In this document: positions 39,592 through 49,768 of the stretch, in pieces
Numbering within the stretch: position 1 is the stretch's first letter
How the letters are laid out: each line of letters opens with the position of its first letter
NCBI GenBank assembly: GCA_965200315.1
Contig: OZ241362.1
Location: 3,392,001-3,456,000, forward strand
DNA: 64,000 nucleotides
Direction of reading: 5' to 3'
Source: Candidatus Latescibacterota bacterium
GTDB taxonomy: Bacteria > Latescibacterota > UBA2968 > UBA8231
Notes under the pieces: generated by a model
What the model was told of the DNA's origin: nothing
The model's database searches: none
What the model saw: the letters and a program-made list of their open reading frames with translations, nothing else
Translations under genes and position numbers: made by a program

Positions 39592-42500
39592 TCAATTTTT
39601 GACCGCAAAGAGAATTTTGTAGAGCACCGGCACGAACAGCAAGGTGATCACGGTGGCGAAAAGCAAGCCCACCATGATGGCCACCGCCATCGGCTCCCAC
39701 ATCAGCCCGCCGCCAAAGTAGAGAGGAATAAGCCCCAGCGTCGTCGTGCAGGTGGTCAGTAAGATAGGGCGAAAACGCTGCTGAGCCGCGGCGACGATCG
39801 CCTCAATAGGTGTCCGCCCGGGCCGGTCCAGTTCGATTTGTATGCGGTCTAGGAGCACGATAGCGTTGTTGATGACGATACCGGCCAGCGAGATCAATCC
39901 GAGAAAGGCGAAGAAACCAAAGAACGAGCGGAAGACAAGTAATCCGGCGATGACCCCAATCAGGCCGAGCGGAATGGTGCTCAGCACGATAAAGGTCTTG
40001 CGGAAGGAGTTGAACTGGACAATCAACAGTGCCAGAATGACAAAGCCGGACAGAGGCAGCTTGGCGACAACTGCGCTCATGGCCTCGCTGCTCTGCTCCG
40101 ACTCGCCGCCCAATTCGTAGCGGTAGCCCGGTTGCCAAAATTTGCTGTCTTCTTCGAGCCAAGGGATGAGCGCGTCGGTAATATGCTGCGCCGTAAAGCC
40201 GCTTTTGGCGTCGCAGGTCACAGTCAAGGTGCGGTACAGGTCGCGCCGTTTGATCTTGGCAAATTGCCACTGGGGCACAATCTGCGCCACTTGTCCCAGC
40301 GGCACGTTTTTGCCCGAACCTTGGGCGTAGATGTTGATGCTCTCTAGCTGTCGCACATCCACGTCCTGACTGCTTTCGTTGCGCAGGACAATGGGAATAC
40401 TTTGGTCGCCCTCGCGGAAATCACCCGTGTTAAACCCCGTGAGCGCGGTCTGCAACGAAAGGGCGATATCTTGGTTGGTCAGGTCGGCGTTCCGGGTCTT
40501 GGACTGGTCGATGTCAACGACGACCTTTTTGATCTTGGGGCCCCAATCGTCGCCGATGTTCTGAGCACTGGACATTTCGTTGAGTTTTTGCTTGATGCGC
40601 TCGGCGAGGCCGAACAGCTCGTTGGGCTCCGGCCCTGTTATCCGCACGGCCACGTCTCTACCGCCGCCGCCGCCCGCCAACCTCGAAACCTGCACCTCGG
40701 CATCGGGAAAGGAGCGGAAACAAAAGTCGTTTAGGCGATCAATTACCCACTGGTTATCGTCGCCTGAACTGGTATTGAGCAACATATGGGCGTATCCCGA
40801 GTTGGCTTCGCCCGCCTGATAACCTAGGTCGTAGGAGGGCGGCCCCTCGCCGACAAAGGTCGCCCAATCCGCTACCCCGCGCTGTCGGTTTTTGCTCACC
40901 AAAAGGCTATCCGCGATATACGACTCGAGCCGTTCCACCCGGGTGGTCGTCGTCTCGATCTTGGTGCCCAAGGGCAAATTCAGATTTACCGTCAACAGGT
41001 TGCGCTCGCTGTCAGGGAAGAAGACGAATGGCAAAAAACCAAAGCCGAAAAGCGACAACACAAACAAACCGGCGATGATCCCCATAAATGAATAGGGGCG
41101 CGCAAGGGCCTTGAGGAGCAACCCTTTGTAATGGCCGTTGATGCGCTCGATACCGGTGATTTTCCCGGACTGAGATGCTTGCCGTTTCACCCGGATGAAA
41201 AACACCGCCAACAAACTGACCATGGTCAGCGAGAGCAACCATGAAGAGAGCAAGGCTATGGAAATCACACTGAAAAGCGGCCCCATCATCTCACCCATGA
41301 TGGACGCAGCTAGAAAAAAGGACAAGAACGCGGCTGAAGTGGTCAGCGAAGAGACGAGGAGCGGTACGGCTAGATCCCGAGCGGATTCAATGGCCGCCTC
41401 TTGGGCGTCGGTGCCTCTTTCCATCTTGACCACAATCGCTTCGGACACCACGATGGCATTGTCCACCAACATGCCCAGTGCCATGATCAACGCCGCCAGC
41501 GACACCTGATTGAGACCGATATCGAGCACCCCCATGACAAAAAGGGTCGCGATAATGGTCATGGGAATGAGGCTGGCCACCACCAGACCGGTGCGCAGAC
41601 CCAAAAAGATCAGCATGGACAACAGCACGATAACGACGCTTTGCAAGAGATTGTCGGTAAAGTTGGCGACCGAATTCTCTACCTCAAAATCTTGGGAAGC
41701 CACTCTGTTGAAGGTTATCCCCAGCGGTAGCCGCGCTTGGTGGAGGGCGACTAATTGGTCGATTTCCTTACCCAACTTGATGATATTGGCCCCTTCGCTG
41801 AGGGCCACCGAGAGCGACAGACCCGGCTGACCGTTGATTTTGACTAGACGCTGCCGGGGCGTTTCATAGGCCCGCACGATGCGGGTTATATCGCCGAGGT
41901 ACACGCTCCCGCCCTTGCCCACCGCTATCAACGTCCTCCCCAGAGCTTCCAGATCGGCGTAATTGCCGGTCGGTTCGAGCACCAAGCGTTCATCCTCTAG
42001 GCTGACCTCGCCGCCGGAAAAAACGATGTTGGTACTGGCGATGCTGTTCTTGATCTTTTGGGCCGAAAGGCCCAATTCGGCCAGCCGGGCGTCGTTGAAT
42101 TGTAGGTATATCCGCTCCTCTTGGATGCCACTTATTTTTACTTCGGCGGCGTCGGGTAGCTTGATCAGGTCGTCTCGCAAGTTTTGGGCGTAGGTCTCAA
42201 GTTCGGCAAAGGTGAAACCCTCCCCTATCAGGCCGATCACAATGCCGTACACCACCCCGATCCCATCGTCCTTGACCTCCGGGCCATGGATGTCCGCGGG
42301 CAAATCCGAGCGGATGGTCTCGACCTTACGGCGCAATCGGTCCCATACGGCCTGGAGTTTGTCCGCGGGCACTTCCTGTTTGAGCTCTACCGAAACCATC
42401 GACAGGCCGGTCCGCGACTCACTCGTAACGGTTTTCAGTTCGGGCAACTCTTGCGCGACTTCTTCGAGCTTGCTGGTGATCAGGGCTTCGATCCGCTCGG

Positions 42501-42666
42501 GACCAGCACCGGGAAAGCGGGTCACCACCGAGGCGACGCGAACCGTGTAGGGGGGCATACTGTCGCGTGGCATCGTCTGATAGCCGGCCAAGCCCAGCAG
42601 CACAACGACGAGCAGGACCACGATGGTGACGCGGTTGTTTTTGAGGGCGATTTGGGTGAGGCTCAT
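39592..42666 (-). CDS. RND efflux permease (AcrB family)
   Basis: FPGAGPERIE, ALGMLVDNAIVV, RFRPILLT; 1024 aa. Confidence 0.95.
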   Translation of the reverse strand: MSLTQIALKNNRVTIVVLLVVVLLGLAGYQTMPRDSMPPYTVRVASVVTRFPGAGPERIEALITSKLEEVAQELPELKTVTSESRTGLSMVSVELKQEVPADKLQAVWDRLRRKVETIRSDLPADIHGPEVKDDGIGVVYGIVIGLIGEGFTFAELETYAQNLRDDLIKLPDAAEVKISGIQEERIYLQFNDARLAELGLSAQKIKNSIASTNIVFSGGEVSLEDERLVLEPTGNYADLEALGRTLIAVGKGGSVYLGDITRIVRAYETPRQRLVKINGQPGLSLSVALSEGANIIKLGKEIDQLVALHQARLPLGITFNRVASQDFEVENSVANFTDNLLQSVVIVLLSMLIFLGLRTGLVVASLIPMTIIATLFVMGVLDIGLNQVSLAALIMALGMLVDNAIVVSEAIVVKMERGTDAQEAAIESARDLAVPLLVSSLTTSAAFLSFFLAASIMGEMMGPLFSVISIALLSSWLLSLTMVSLLAVFFIRVKRQASQSGKITGIERINGHYKGLLLKALARPYSFMGIIAGLFVLSLFGFGFLPFVFFPDSERNLLTVNLNLPLGTKIETTTTRVERLESYIADSLLVSKNRQRGVADWATFVGEGPPSYDLGYQAGEANSGYAHMLLNTSSGDDNQWVIDRLNDFCFRSFPDAEVQVSRLAGGGGGRDVAVRITGPEPNELFGLAERIKQKLNEMSSAQNIGDDWGPKIKKVVVDIDQSKTRNADLTNQDIALSLQTALTGFNTGDFREGDQSIPIVLRNESSQDVDVRQLESINIYAQGSGKNVPLGQVAQIVPQWQFAKIKRRDLYRTLTVTCDAKSGFTAQHITDALIPWLEEDSKFWQPGYRYELGGESEQSSEAMSAVVAKLPLSGFVILALLIVQFNSFRKTFIVLSTIPLGLIGVIAGLLVFRSFFGFFAFLGLISLAGIVINNAIVLLDRIQIELDRPGRTPIEAIVAAAQQRFRPILLTTCTTTLGLIPLYFGGGLMWEPMAVAIMVGLLFATVITLLFVPVLYKILFAVKN

Positions 42667-42693
42667 AGTATAATTCTGTTTAGGCCGGGTGCC

Positions 42694-43803
42694 TTATTCT
42701 TCAAAAAGGCGCACCTGCATCCCGTTCAAGAGCGATCTGAGGCCCGCTGTCGCGACTAACTCCCGGTCGGCGAGCCCTTCTTCCACGACAAAACCGTCTG
42801 CCAGCAGGCGGCCGATGCGAATCGGCCGACGGTGGACCGTCCCCAAGCCCTTGTCGATCCCGTCTATGACAAAGACATATTGGCCTTGGGCGTCTTCCCC
42901 TACTGATTTGACGGGCACCACGAGCGGGTCCGATGGCCCGCCGCTGCCAAAGCGAAACTCCACTTCGCCGGCCATACCGGGCCGGATGGCGGGGGCCGGG
43001 GCGTCGAGTCGCACAATGACGGGATACGTGCTGGAGGCGTCGAGCGCGTAGGCTATCTCGCGCACTTGGGCCGCAAAATCTAGTCCGGGCAGGGCTGAAA
43101 AACGCACGCGCACCGGCTCGCCGGTCTGGATTTGGGCGATATAGCCCTCGGGTATCCCCACCTCCATCTCGATATCCTCGCCCGCGCTCAACTCCACTAA
43201 GGGCGCACCAGCTTGGATCACTTCGTTGACCTCGTTGTGGATCGCGGTGACTATGCCGGTGACAGGGGCGTATATCTCATTGTATCCTAGCTGGCGTTCT
43301 TGCAAATCCAGACTCTTCTGGGCCGATTCGTAACTCGACGTGGCCGAGGCAAAGCCGTTTTTGGCCTGTTCGTACTCGGCGAGGGAGACATTGTTGGCTT
43401 GGTAGAGCTGCCGTACGCGAATGAGCCTCGATTGGGCATTGGCCTTTTGCACATGGGCGTTTTCTAGCGCGGCCTTGGCCCGTTGATGCGCGAGGACTGC
43501 ATCCCGGTTGTCGAGCGTGGCCATGCGCTGACCCGCTTCGACGGGGTCGCCTACCTTTACGTCGATCGATTCGATGAGCCCACCCGTTCTAAAGCTGAGT
43601 CTGGCTTCGATGCCGGCTTTGGCGGTGCCGGCAAAACGCTGGCTCTGGACGGCGCTGGCGGGACGGACCTCAGCGTATTTTACCGGGCGAATGGAAGGTT
43701 GGGCGACCTCCGATTCGCCGCCGCAGCCAACCCATAGAGCCAGTGCCAATAGAAGGACCCCGATAGCTGCGAAATTCCGTTTTGGCATAATACCTCGCTT
43801 CAT
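42694..43803 (-). CDS. RND periplasmic adaptor (MFP), lipoprotein
   Basis: Lipobox-like WVGC, VKVGDPV, IYAPVTG, RPGMAG. Confidence 0.92.
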   Translation of the reverse strand: MKRGIMPKRNFAAIGVLLLALALWVGCGGESEVAQPSIRPVKYAEVRPASAVQSQRFAGTAKAGIEARLSFRTGGLIESIDVKVGDPVEAGQRMATLDNRDAVLAHQRAKAALENAHVQKANAQSRLIRVRQLYQANNVSLAEYEQAKNGFASATSSYESAQKSLDLQERQLGYNEIYAPVTGIVTAIHNEVNEVIQAGAPLVELSAGEDIEMEVGIPEGYIAQIQTGEPVRVRFSALPGLDFAAQVREIAYALDASSTYPVIVRLDAPAPAIRPGMAGEVEFRFGSGGPSDPLVVPVKSVGEDAQGQYVFVIDGIDKGLGTVHRRPIRIGRLLADGFVVEEGLADRELVATAGLRSLLNGMQVRLFEE

Positions 43804-46163
43804 GGTGCATTTTTTCTTTTAGAGAAGAAGGCCGTCAAGCGCCCGACAAAGGCCTCCTGCTCCTCTGTTGTCATGAACATGGTATAGGCCCCGATGCTGT
43901 TTTCTAGCTGCATATAGCTGACCAAGTATTCATAAACGGCCCCGGCCTCGGCCTGACGGGCGGAAAGGGCGGCTCGTTGGGCATCCACCAGTTGGGCGAT
44001 TTCCAGTTGGCCTTTTTGGTAGGCGTCCTGTACCAGTTCAAAGTTCTTTTGCGCGCTTGCAGCGGCTACCCCGGCAAAGTGTATGTTGGTGCGCTTGGAC
44101 ACTAGGTTCGTCATCCGCACCCGGACCGCTTGGGAGAGCTGCTGGCGCAAACTCTCTTCCTGCAAGCGGAGTTGCTGCTGCTGAATCGCGGTCTGGTCGA
44201 TGGCGATCTTGCGCTGATTGCCCTGAAAGAGGGGATAGGTGAAGTGGAGGGCCAAGTTCCAAGTGCCGTCGAGGGGGTCTGAGGAAGCCGGCGGCATCCC
44301 CTTGCCAGCGCGCCAGAAGGTGTAGTCGGCCTGCCCGCGCAAGGCCACCGTAGGCAGGTAGTACAGCCGGCGGTTCATCTGCTGCTGGCGTTCAGCTACT
44401 TTCATATTGGCCGCTAGCTGTTTGAGCGAAGGCATGTTTTGCAGGGCCTCTTCAACGAGAAAGTCGGTCATAATCTCCACATCGCCGGCGCGGTCGATCC
44501 GGCGTCCGATGCGGGTCGGGTCGAAGCGGCCAAAAAGTTCGTCGGAAAGCCGGGCATCCATCACCTCGAACTCCTCGCCGATATCCGCGCGAGCAAGCAA
44601 GCGGTTGAGTTGCACTTTGGCTAGATAGAGGGCGTTGAAAGCCTCAATCGATGCTTGGGTGGCCCGGGCCACTTCGCTCTCCCAGCGGAATACGTCGGCA
44701 ACGCCGGCATAGCCGACGGCATTGCGGGTGCGGGCGATCTTCAGATTGCTGCGCGAGGCATCGAGGTTCTCCTCTTGGATGCGCCCCCCGGTCTTGGCCA
44801 GCAGGATATTGAAATAGGCCGTCGCTAGGTTCAACACCACGTCGAGCGCGACCAGATCGGCTCGATGGCGGGCGGCCTCGGTTAGGTATTGCTGGATTTT
44901 GATGTTGGCTAAGACCGGCTCGGAAAACAGTACCTGCTGTACGGTGGCCGTACCCGCGCCGGTGCGCTCAGGCTGCTGGCCCTTGGCTCGCTCAGCGACG
45001 GCTGGGTCCACCTGCAACAGAGTGGTCGAGGTCTCTACGGTGGGCCGGAGAGACGACTTGGCGCGGCGCATATCTTGGCTGGCCAAATCGACGTTGCGCC
45101 TTTCGATACGCAGGTCGAGGTTGCTCTGCAAGCCCTCGGCGATGATCGCCTGTAAGCTCAAACGTCGCTCGCTAGCCGGTTCGTCGGCTTTGAGGAAGCG
45201 GGCGGAAAACAGCGTTTCAAAAGAAAGATCGAGGCCGATCCGTCGGACTGTTGCGGCATTCAGCACCCATTGCTCGCCGAAATTGCGCTGCACAGGCATC
45301 GCCGCCAAGTCTTCCCCCAGCGCGACCCCTTCAACGATCAGGGCCAGCTTGCGGAAAGTCTGGTCTCGGCCACTCTCGTCGCCGATACAGGCCATCATTC
45401 CCGCATCCACGTAAGACCGGCTCATGGCAAAGGAAGGCAGCTTGCGCTCGGCGAGGGCCTCAGCCAGCAGGGCGACTTCCTCGGGCGAGCGCTCGAAGAT
45501 CATCGCCAGATAGACCGCGTCCACTGCGTCGCTCAGTGCCGGGAGGGACGCTTCCGTTTCCCAAAAGACCAACTCCACTTGGGACTCGTAGGGTGCTGCA
45601 AGGCGTTTGAAGAAACCCTCGAAATCCAGCGTCCCTTTCAGGTTTTCACTGATGATAACGGCCAAGTGCGAAAAGGGATGGATGCGGTGGAAAGCCGCTA
45701 GGTCCTTTTGGATTGAGTGGGTACTGAGGACGTAGGTAAAATTGCGCACTCCAGAGACGCCGGGCTCGACGAGGGGCATCTGCTGTAATTCCACGTCTAG
45801 TATCCCCACGGCGATCGTCGGTTTGGGCAAGGCTCCTTGGGCGGCCAGCATCGCGGCACTCACCGGCCCGGCGGCAATGATCAGATCAACGGCCGGGTCG
45901 TTGGCGAGGAACAGATAGTCTGCAGGCCCGGCCGTAAAACGCAGATGCTCGGGGAGGAAATGGACCGCCTTATCGACCCCTAGCACCTTGTGGATTTCCT
46001 CCTGTAGGAAGGCCAATTCACGCTCGGCATTGGTTGTCTCGGTCCCAAGATCGAGCAATAGACCGATGTAGAGGTCGCTCTTTTCAATTTGGGCCTGCGT
46101 CGGCAGTACTAGGGCCATGACCAAAACGGCGGATATAGCTATTCCCAGCATCGAGTGGTCCAC
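43800..46163 (-). CDS. TolC family outer-membrane channel with an N-terminal substrate-binding-like domain
   Basis: Signal peptide, then about 310 aa resembling an ABC SBP (VDAVYL, ERKLPSFA, VLNAATVRRIGL). C-terminal OEP repeats (AYFNILLA, YQKGQL). Confidence 0.85.
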   Translation of the reverse strand: MDHSMLGIAISAVLVMALVLPTQAQIEKSDLYIGLLLDLGTETTNAERELAFLQEEIHKVLGVDKAVHFLPEHLRFTAGPADYLFLANDPAVDLIIAAGPVSAAMLAAQGALPKPTIAVGILDVELQQMPLVEPGVSGVRNFTYVLSTHSIQKDLAAFHRIHPFSHLAVIISENLKGTLDFEGFFKRLAAPYESQVELVFWETEASLPALSDAVDAVYLAMIFERSPEEVALLAEALAERKLPSFAMSRSYVDAGMMACIGDESGRDQTFRKLALIVEGVALGEDLAAMPVQRNFGEQWVLNAATVRRIGLDLSFETLFSARFLKADEPASERRLSLQAIIAEGLQSNLDLRIERRNVDLASQDMRRAKSSLRPTVETSTTLLQVDPAVAERAKGQQPERTGAGTATVQQVLFSEPVLANIKIQQYLTEAARHRADLVALDVVLNLATAYFNILLAKTGGRIQEENLDASRSNLKIARTRNAVGYAGVADVFRWESEVARATQASIEAFNALYLAKVQLNRLLARADIGEEFEVMDARLSDELFGRFDPTRIGRRIDRAGDVEIMTDFLVEEALQNMPSLKQLAANMKVAERQQQMNRRLYYLPTVALRGQADYTFWRAGKGMPPASSDPLDGTWNLALHFTYPLFQGNQRKIAIDQTAIQQQQLRLQEESLRQQLSQAVRVRMTNLVSKRTNIHFAGVAAASAQKNFELVQDAYQKGQLEIAQLVDAQRAALSARQAEAGAVYEYLVSYMQLENSIGAYTMFMTTEEQEAFVGRLTAFFSKRKNAP

Positions 46164-46196
46164 TCCAATGGTTTCGTTCGATAGCCGTTGTGCAGC

Positions 46197-46838
46197 CTAT
46201 GACGTGACGGATATGGCCTGTTTTTTCCAAGCTTCATCGTCCACCTGCCCAACCAGAAAGTCCGCGAGGTCAGCGCGGCTGATGCGATCAACGCGACCCC
46301 GTAAAAGGCTGCGAGGCGCTGTTCCAGTATTGTTGACGGTGTAATATCCCGAGGCCGGTTCGTCTTTCAGGATGGCAGCGCGAACAATCGTCCAGTCGAG
46401 TGCGCTTGCCCTGACGACCGCTTCCTGCGCCTCGTGGTCCGCGTAGATGTTTCGCAGCAGCGTCCTGAACAGCAGGCGTGCGAGCCACGAGATCTGCCCC
46501 CAGCTTTCCCCCACCCCTGCGGCGGATACCACAACGAGACGCCCGACGCGGTGTTGGGTCATGCCATCCACGACGTTCCGCGTCCCATCAGTAAGGGTGG
46601 CCTTGTCTCGCAAGCCGTTGCTGCCCAAGGCAACAATCGCTGCGTCGTGCCCGGCGACCGCTGAGGCGACCGACTCGGCGTCGGCGACGTCGCCCTGAAC
46701 GATGCGTATGCTGGAATCGCCGCGGTCAATTTTGTCCACCGAGCGTACGAAGGCCGTGACGTCGTGTCCCTGTTCGAGCGCCTGCCGCCAGACGTGCTGC
46801 CCCGTTTTCCCCGTCGCGCCGAAGACGATGAGCTTCAC
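46197..46838 (-). CDS. NAD(P)-binding oxidoreductase (BVR-B/flavin reductase-like)
   Basis: VFGATGKTG, LDWTIVR, ISRADLA. Confidence 0.9.
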   Translation of the reverse strand: MKLIVFGATGKTGQHVWRQALEQGHDVTAFVRSVDKIDRGDSSIRIVQGDVADAESVASAVAGHDAAIVALGSNGLRDKATLTDGTRNVVDGMTQHRVGRLVVVSAAGVGESWGQISWLARLLFRTLLRNIYADHEAQEAVVRASALDWTIVRAAILKDEPASGYYTVNNTGTAPRSLLRGRVDRISRADLADFLVGQVDDEAWKKQAISVTS

Positions 46839-47011
46839 GGCGATTCTCCTTGCCCTGCCAGTGCTTTCAGAGTCCGTAGTTTCTCTTTTTTATTTATGTC
46901 TGCCATCATCCTTCTTCCCTTCCGCTTGGGGCCAACTTTTCTCACCCGTAAGCTCTGCAAATCGTACTCCGAATGAAGTTCGTCGTCCATCTCAGTCTCA
47001 GCCTTCTTCAT
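46835..47011 (-). pseudogene. fused remnants: BrnA-like antitoxin N-terminus plus a second gene start
   Basis: MKKAETEMDDELHSEYDLQSLRVRKVGP resembles the DELRPEYD antitoxin family. It is followed by a purine-rich RBS-like stretch and MADINKKEKLRTLKALA. Confidence 0.5.
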
Positions 47012-47040
47012 AATCATCATCTTCCCTTTTGGTTACTTCT

Positions 47041-48609
47041 CTACCGGCGGTACTGCAAATAGATTTCCACCTGCTCGACCCGCAAGGGTACCCGCAGCCG
47101 CGCATCCCGCTCTAACAGACGCAGCCGGACTTGGTGGATGCCGCGCCCCACTTGTGCCGCGCTCAAATTCCAGCAAAGCCAAGCGTTTTCCGACACATCG
47201 CTCGGGTCGGATTCATCTTCAGCCGCGGCATCGCGCACCTCTGGCGCTGGCAGCGTGATCCCGTCCAACATCACTTCGATCTGATCGGCGGGCGACCAGT
47301 GGGCCATTTCGATTTGCAATTCGGCGGTAGCTAACTCACCCTCGGCCTCCACCTCGTCGACGACGCGGACTTGGAAGATCGGCCCACTGTCCGTTAGCGT
47401 GGGATACAGCGTTACCGGCACCTCGCCGTAGAGGCGGTCGTCGCGCTCGGCATCCGCTCGGTTTCCGGTCTTGGGGCCGATGCTGCGATGCAGAGCGGTG
47501 TACACTTTGTCTAGGCCGGTTAGTGTTTCTGCCGACCCCAGAGTAGTGAGCAATGGTCGGTGCGTCTGGGCGTGGCCGTGCCAGTTGAATACGTACACGC
47601 CGTCCGCCCCGCGCCCTAGCTGGTCTTGGGCCAAGCCGCGGAACCAATCCTCCCGCCACGCCCCGTGGGGCCGCAGCCGTCGCGCCTGTTGTCGCCCGTC
47701 CGAATCAAAGCCAGCGTAGAAGCGCACGCCGTGGGGACGACACAGCTCGACAAAACGCTCGACCTCGGCTCCCGGATCGGTCCCCGAATTGCCGCCGCTG
47801 ATAACCGCATCGCACAAGCCGTCCCGCACCCAAGTCTCGACATCGTAGCCAATGCGGCGGCAGGCTTCAAAGGTCGTGGCCACCCGCACGGCCACTTGAA
47901 AGGGCCGCCCTCGCTCCTCGGCGATCTGGTCGGTCTGCGCTCGCACGGCCCGTATGAGATCGGTCAAAACGTAGCGCAAGCGGTACGCATCGTCGGCTGG
48001 CAGGTGAAAGGCGTGCCGCTGCCAATCCAATTCGACGCCGTCCCAATCGGCCAAGCGGCAGGCTTCGACGACGCGCTGCAAGATGTGCGCCCGCACATCG
48101 GGGATGGCCATATTCCACGAAGTCGAAGCCCAACCCGGCGCTTGCTCCTCGCCTAAGAGCCACTCGGGGTGCTCCTGCCGCAGCGGCGTCAGATCGGCCC
48201 GTTGCAAGCTGCCCAGATCGCCCGGGCGCAAATCCCAGAAGTGGTTGTCGTTCATGCGCAGCGACGGCAGCACCGCAATGCCCAGCTCGCGCCCGCGCTG
48301 CACTAGCGCCCCGTACAAATCGTCTCCCCGCTCGAAAAAGGCGCGGATATTCTCGGTGTGGCGCATAGTCTGCACGGAATCGTAGCACCGCCCGGTTGAT
48401 GCTCCCACCATATCCAATTGCTGCGAGGGCCAAGGCACTTCGTGGACGCCCACGCACCAGCACAGGGCCCCCACCTGAGTATCCGCTAAGGGCGCGTACA
48501 CCTTATCGAGGAACTGCGCCAGCGATTGGGGATACTCGCTGTAGCCGTGGGGCGCACCGTCCCAGTTGTACATAATGCCGTAGTTGGGCACGGCCGTTCG
48601 CTCTGCCAT
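47041..48609 (-). CDS. GHL10/DUF187-like TIM-barrel hypothetical protein
   Basis: SLRMNDNH, EHPEW, WDGVELDW, GADGVYVFN. Confidence 0.72.
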   Translation of the reverse strand: MAERTAVPNYGIMYNWDGAPHGYSEYPQSLAQFLDKVYAPLADTQVGALCWCVGVHEVPWPSQQLDMVGASTGRCYDSVQTMRHTENIRAFFERGDDLYGALVQRGRELGIAVLPSLRMNDNHFWDLRPGDLGSLQRADLTPLRQEHPEWLLGEEQAPGWASTSWNMAIPDVRAHILQRVVEACRLADWDGVELDWQRHAFHLPADDAYRLRYVLTDLIRAVRAQTDQIAEERGRPFQVAVRVATTFEACRRIGYDVETWVRDGLCDAVISGGNSGTDPGAEVERFVELCRPHGVRFYAGFDSDGRQQARRLRPHGAWREDWFRGLAQDQLGRGADGVYVFNWHGHAQTHRPLLTTLGSAETLTGLDKVYTALHRSIGPKTGNRADAERDDRLYGEVPVTLYPTLTDSGPIFQVRVVDEVEAEGELATAELQIEMAHWSPADQIEVMLDGITLPAPEVRDAAAEDESDPSDVSENAWLCWNLSAAQVGRGIHQVRLRLLERDARLRVPLRVEQVEIYLQYRR

Positions 48610-48706
48610 AGTTTCCTCCAGCGGGTTAAGTTGGTCCGCCAAGCTGCGCTGCATAGTTTATCAGGACAATTCGCTGGAAACCTAACGAAGAGAGGACTAT
48701 CACACC

Positions 48707-49738
48707 ATGAACTATTACCTCTACGCACCGATCTCGACGGATAACCAATTGCTAGTCTTTTCCATGGATGCCGAATCAGGCCAACTCGAACGCAAACACC
48801 AAATCACCCTGAGCAAAAGCGGCTTCGCCGTTGCCAGCGACCCCAAGCGCCAATACCTATACGTCGGCTTGCGAGACGGCGACGACCACGCCATTGGCAG
48901 CTACGCTATCGATCCATCCACCGGGGCTTTAACGCCCATCGGCGAAGTAGCAGTCGCGGCCATGCCCTGTTATTTGGCTACCGACCGCACGGGGCGCTTC
49001 CTGTTGGCCGCTTATTACGTCGGCGGCATGGCCACGGTCCACGCCATCGGCAGCGACGGCGCTTTGCAGGACCCGGCTGTCGATACCTACAAGACCGAGC
49101 GCTTCGCCCACTACATTGCCACCGACCCTTCCAACCGCTACGCCTTTGTGCCCCACGTCGAATCGGCCAATTCGATCTACCAATTCCTCTTTGACGCCAC
49201 TACCGGCAAACTAAGCCCCAACCCGGCCGCACCCATTCTGGCCTGCGGACCGGGCGAAGGGCCGCGCCACCTCGCATTTCACCCCACCCTCGACGTGGTG
49301 TACGCCGATAACGAGCAAGGCTCCAGCGTTACTGTGTACCGCTTCGACACCAGCCAAGGTACGCTGCAAGCGGTGCAGACCGTATCGACCCTGCCCGACG
49401 AAAATTTTCCCGGCCGCGAAGCCAACAGCAACGCCCAGCTCCACATCCACCCATCCGGCAAGTCGATCTACGCCTCCAACCGAGGCCACGACAGCATCGC
49501 GATGTTCGCCATTGATCCAGCCACCGGCCTAATCCGCTCCCTAGGACAACAGCCCGGCGAGGCCACCCCGCGCCCCTTTGCCATCGAACCCGGAGGCAAG
49601 TTCATGTACGGCGGCGGCGATGGCTCCACGCGGCTGGTCTCCTACCGCATCGATGAGATCGGTCGCCTCGAACCCTTTGGCACCCCCTACGAGTTGGGAG
49701 GCAGCACCTGCTGGGTGTATCCGCTGCAAGTGGGTTAA
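48707..49738 (+). CDS. 6-phosphogluconolactonase-like (lactonase family beta-propeller)
   Basis: GPRHLAFHP, YASNRGHDSIA, TPRPF. Confidence 0.9.
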   Translation: MNYYLYAPISTDNQLLVFSMDAESGQLERKHQITLSKSGFAVASDPKRQYLYVGLRDGDDHAIGSYAIDPSTGALTPIGEVAVAAMPCYLATDRTGRFLLAAYYVGGMATVHAIGSDGALQDPAVDTYKTERFAHYIATDPSNRYAFVPHVESANSIYQFLFDATTGKLSPNPAAPILACGPGEGPRHLAFHPTLDVVYADNEQGSSVTVYRFDTSQGTLQAVQTVSTLPDENFPGREANSNAQLHIHPSGKSIYASNRGHDSIAMFAIDPATGLIRSLGQQPGEATPRPFAIEPGGKFMYGGGDGSTRLVSYRIDEIGRLEPFGTPYELGGSTCWVYPLQVG

Positions 49739-49768
49739 AGGATTAGCCCGGAAAGAACGGAGGCCATA

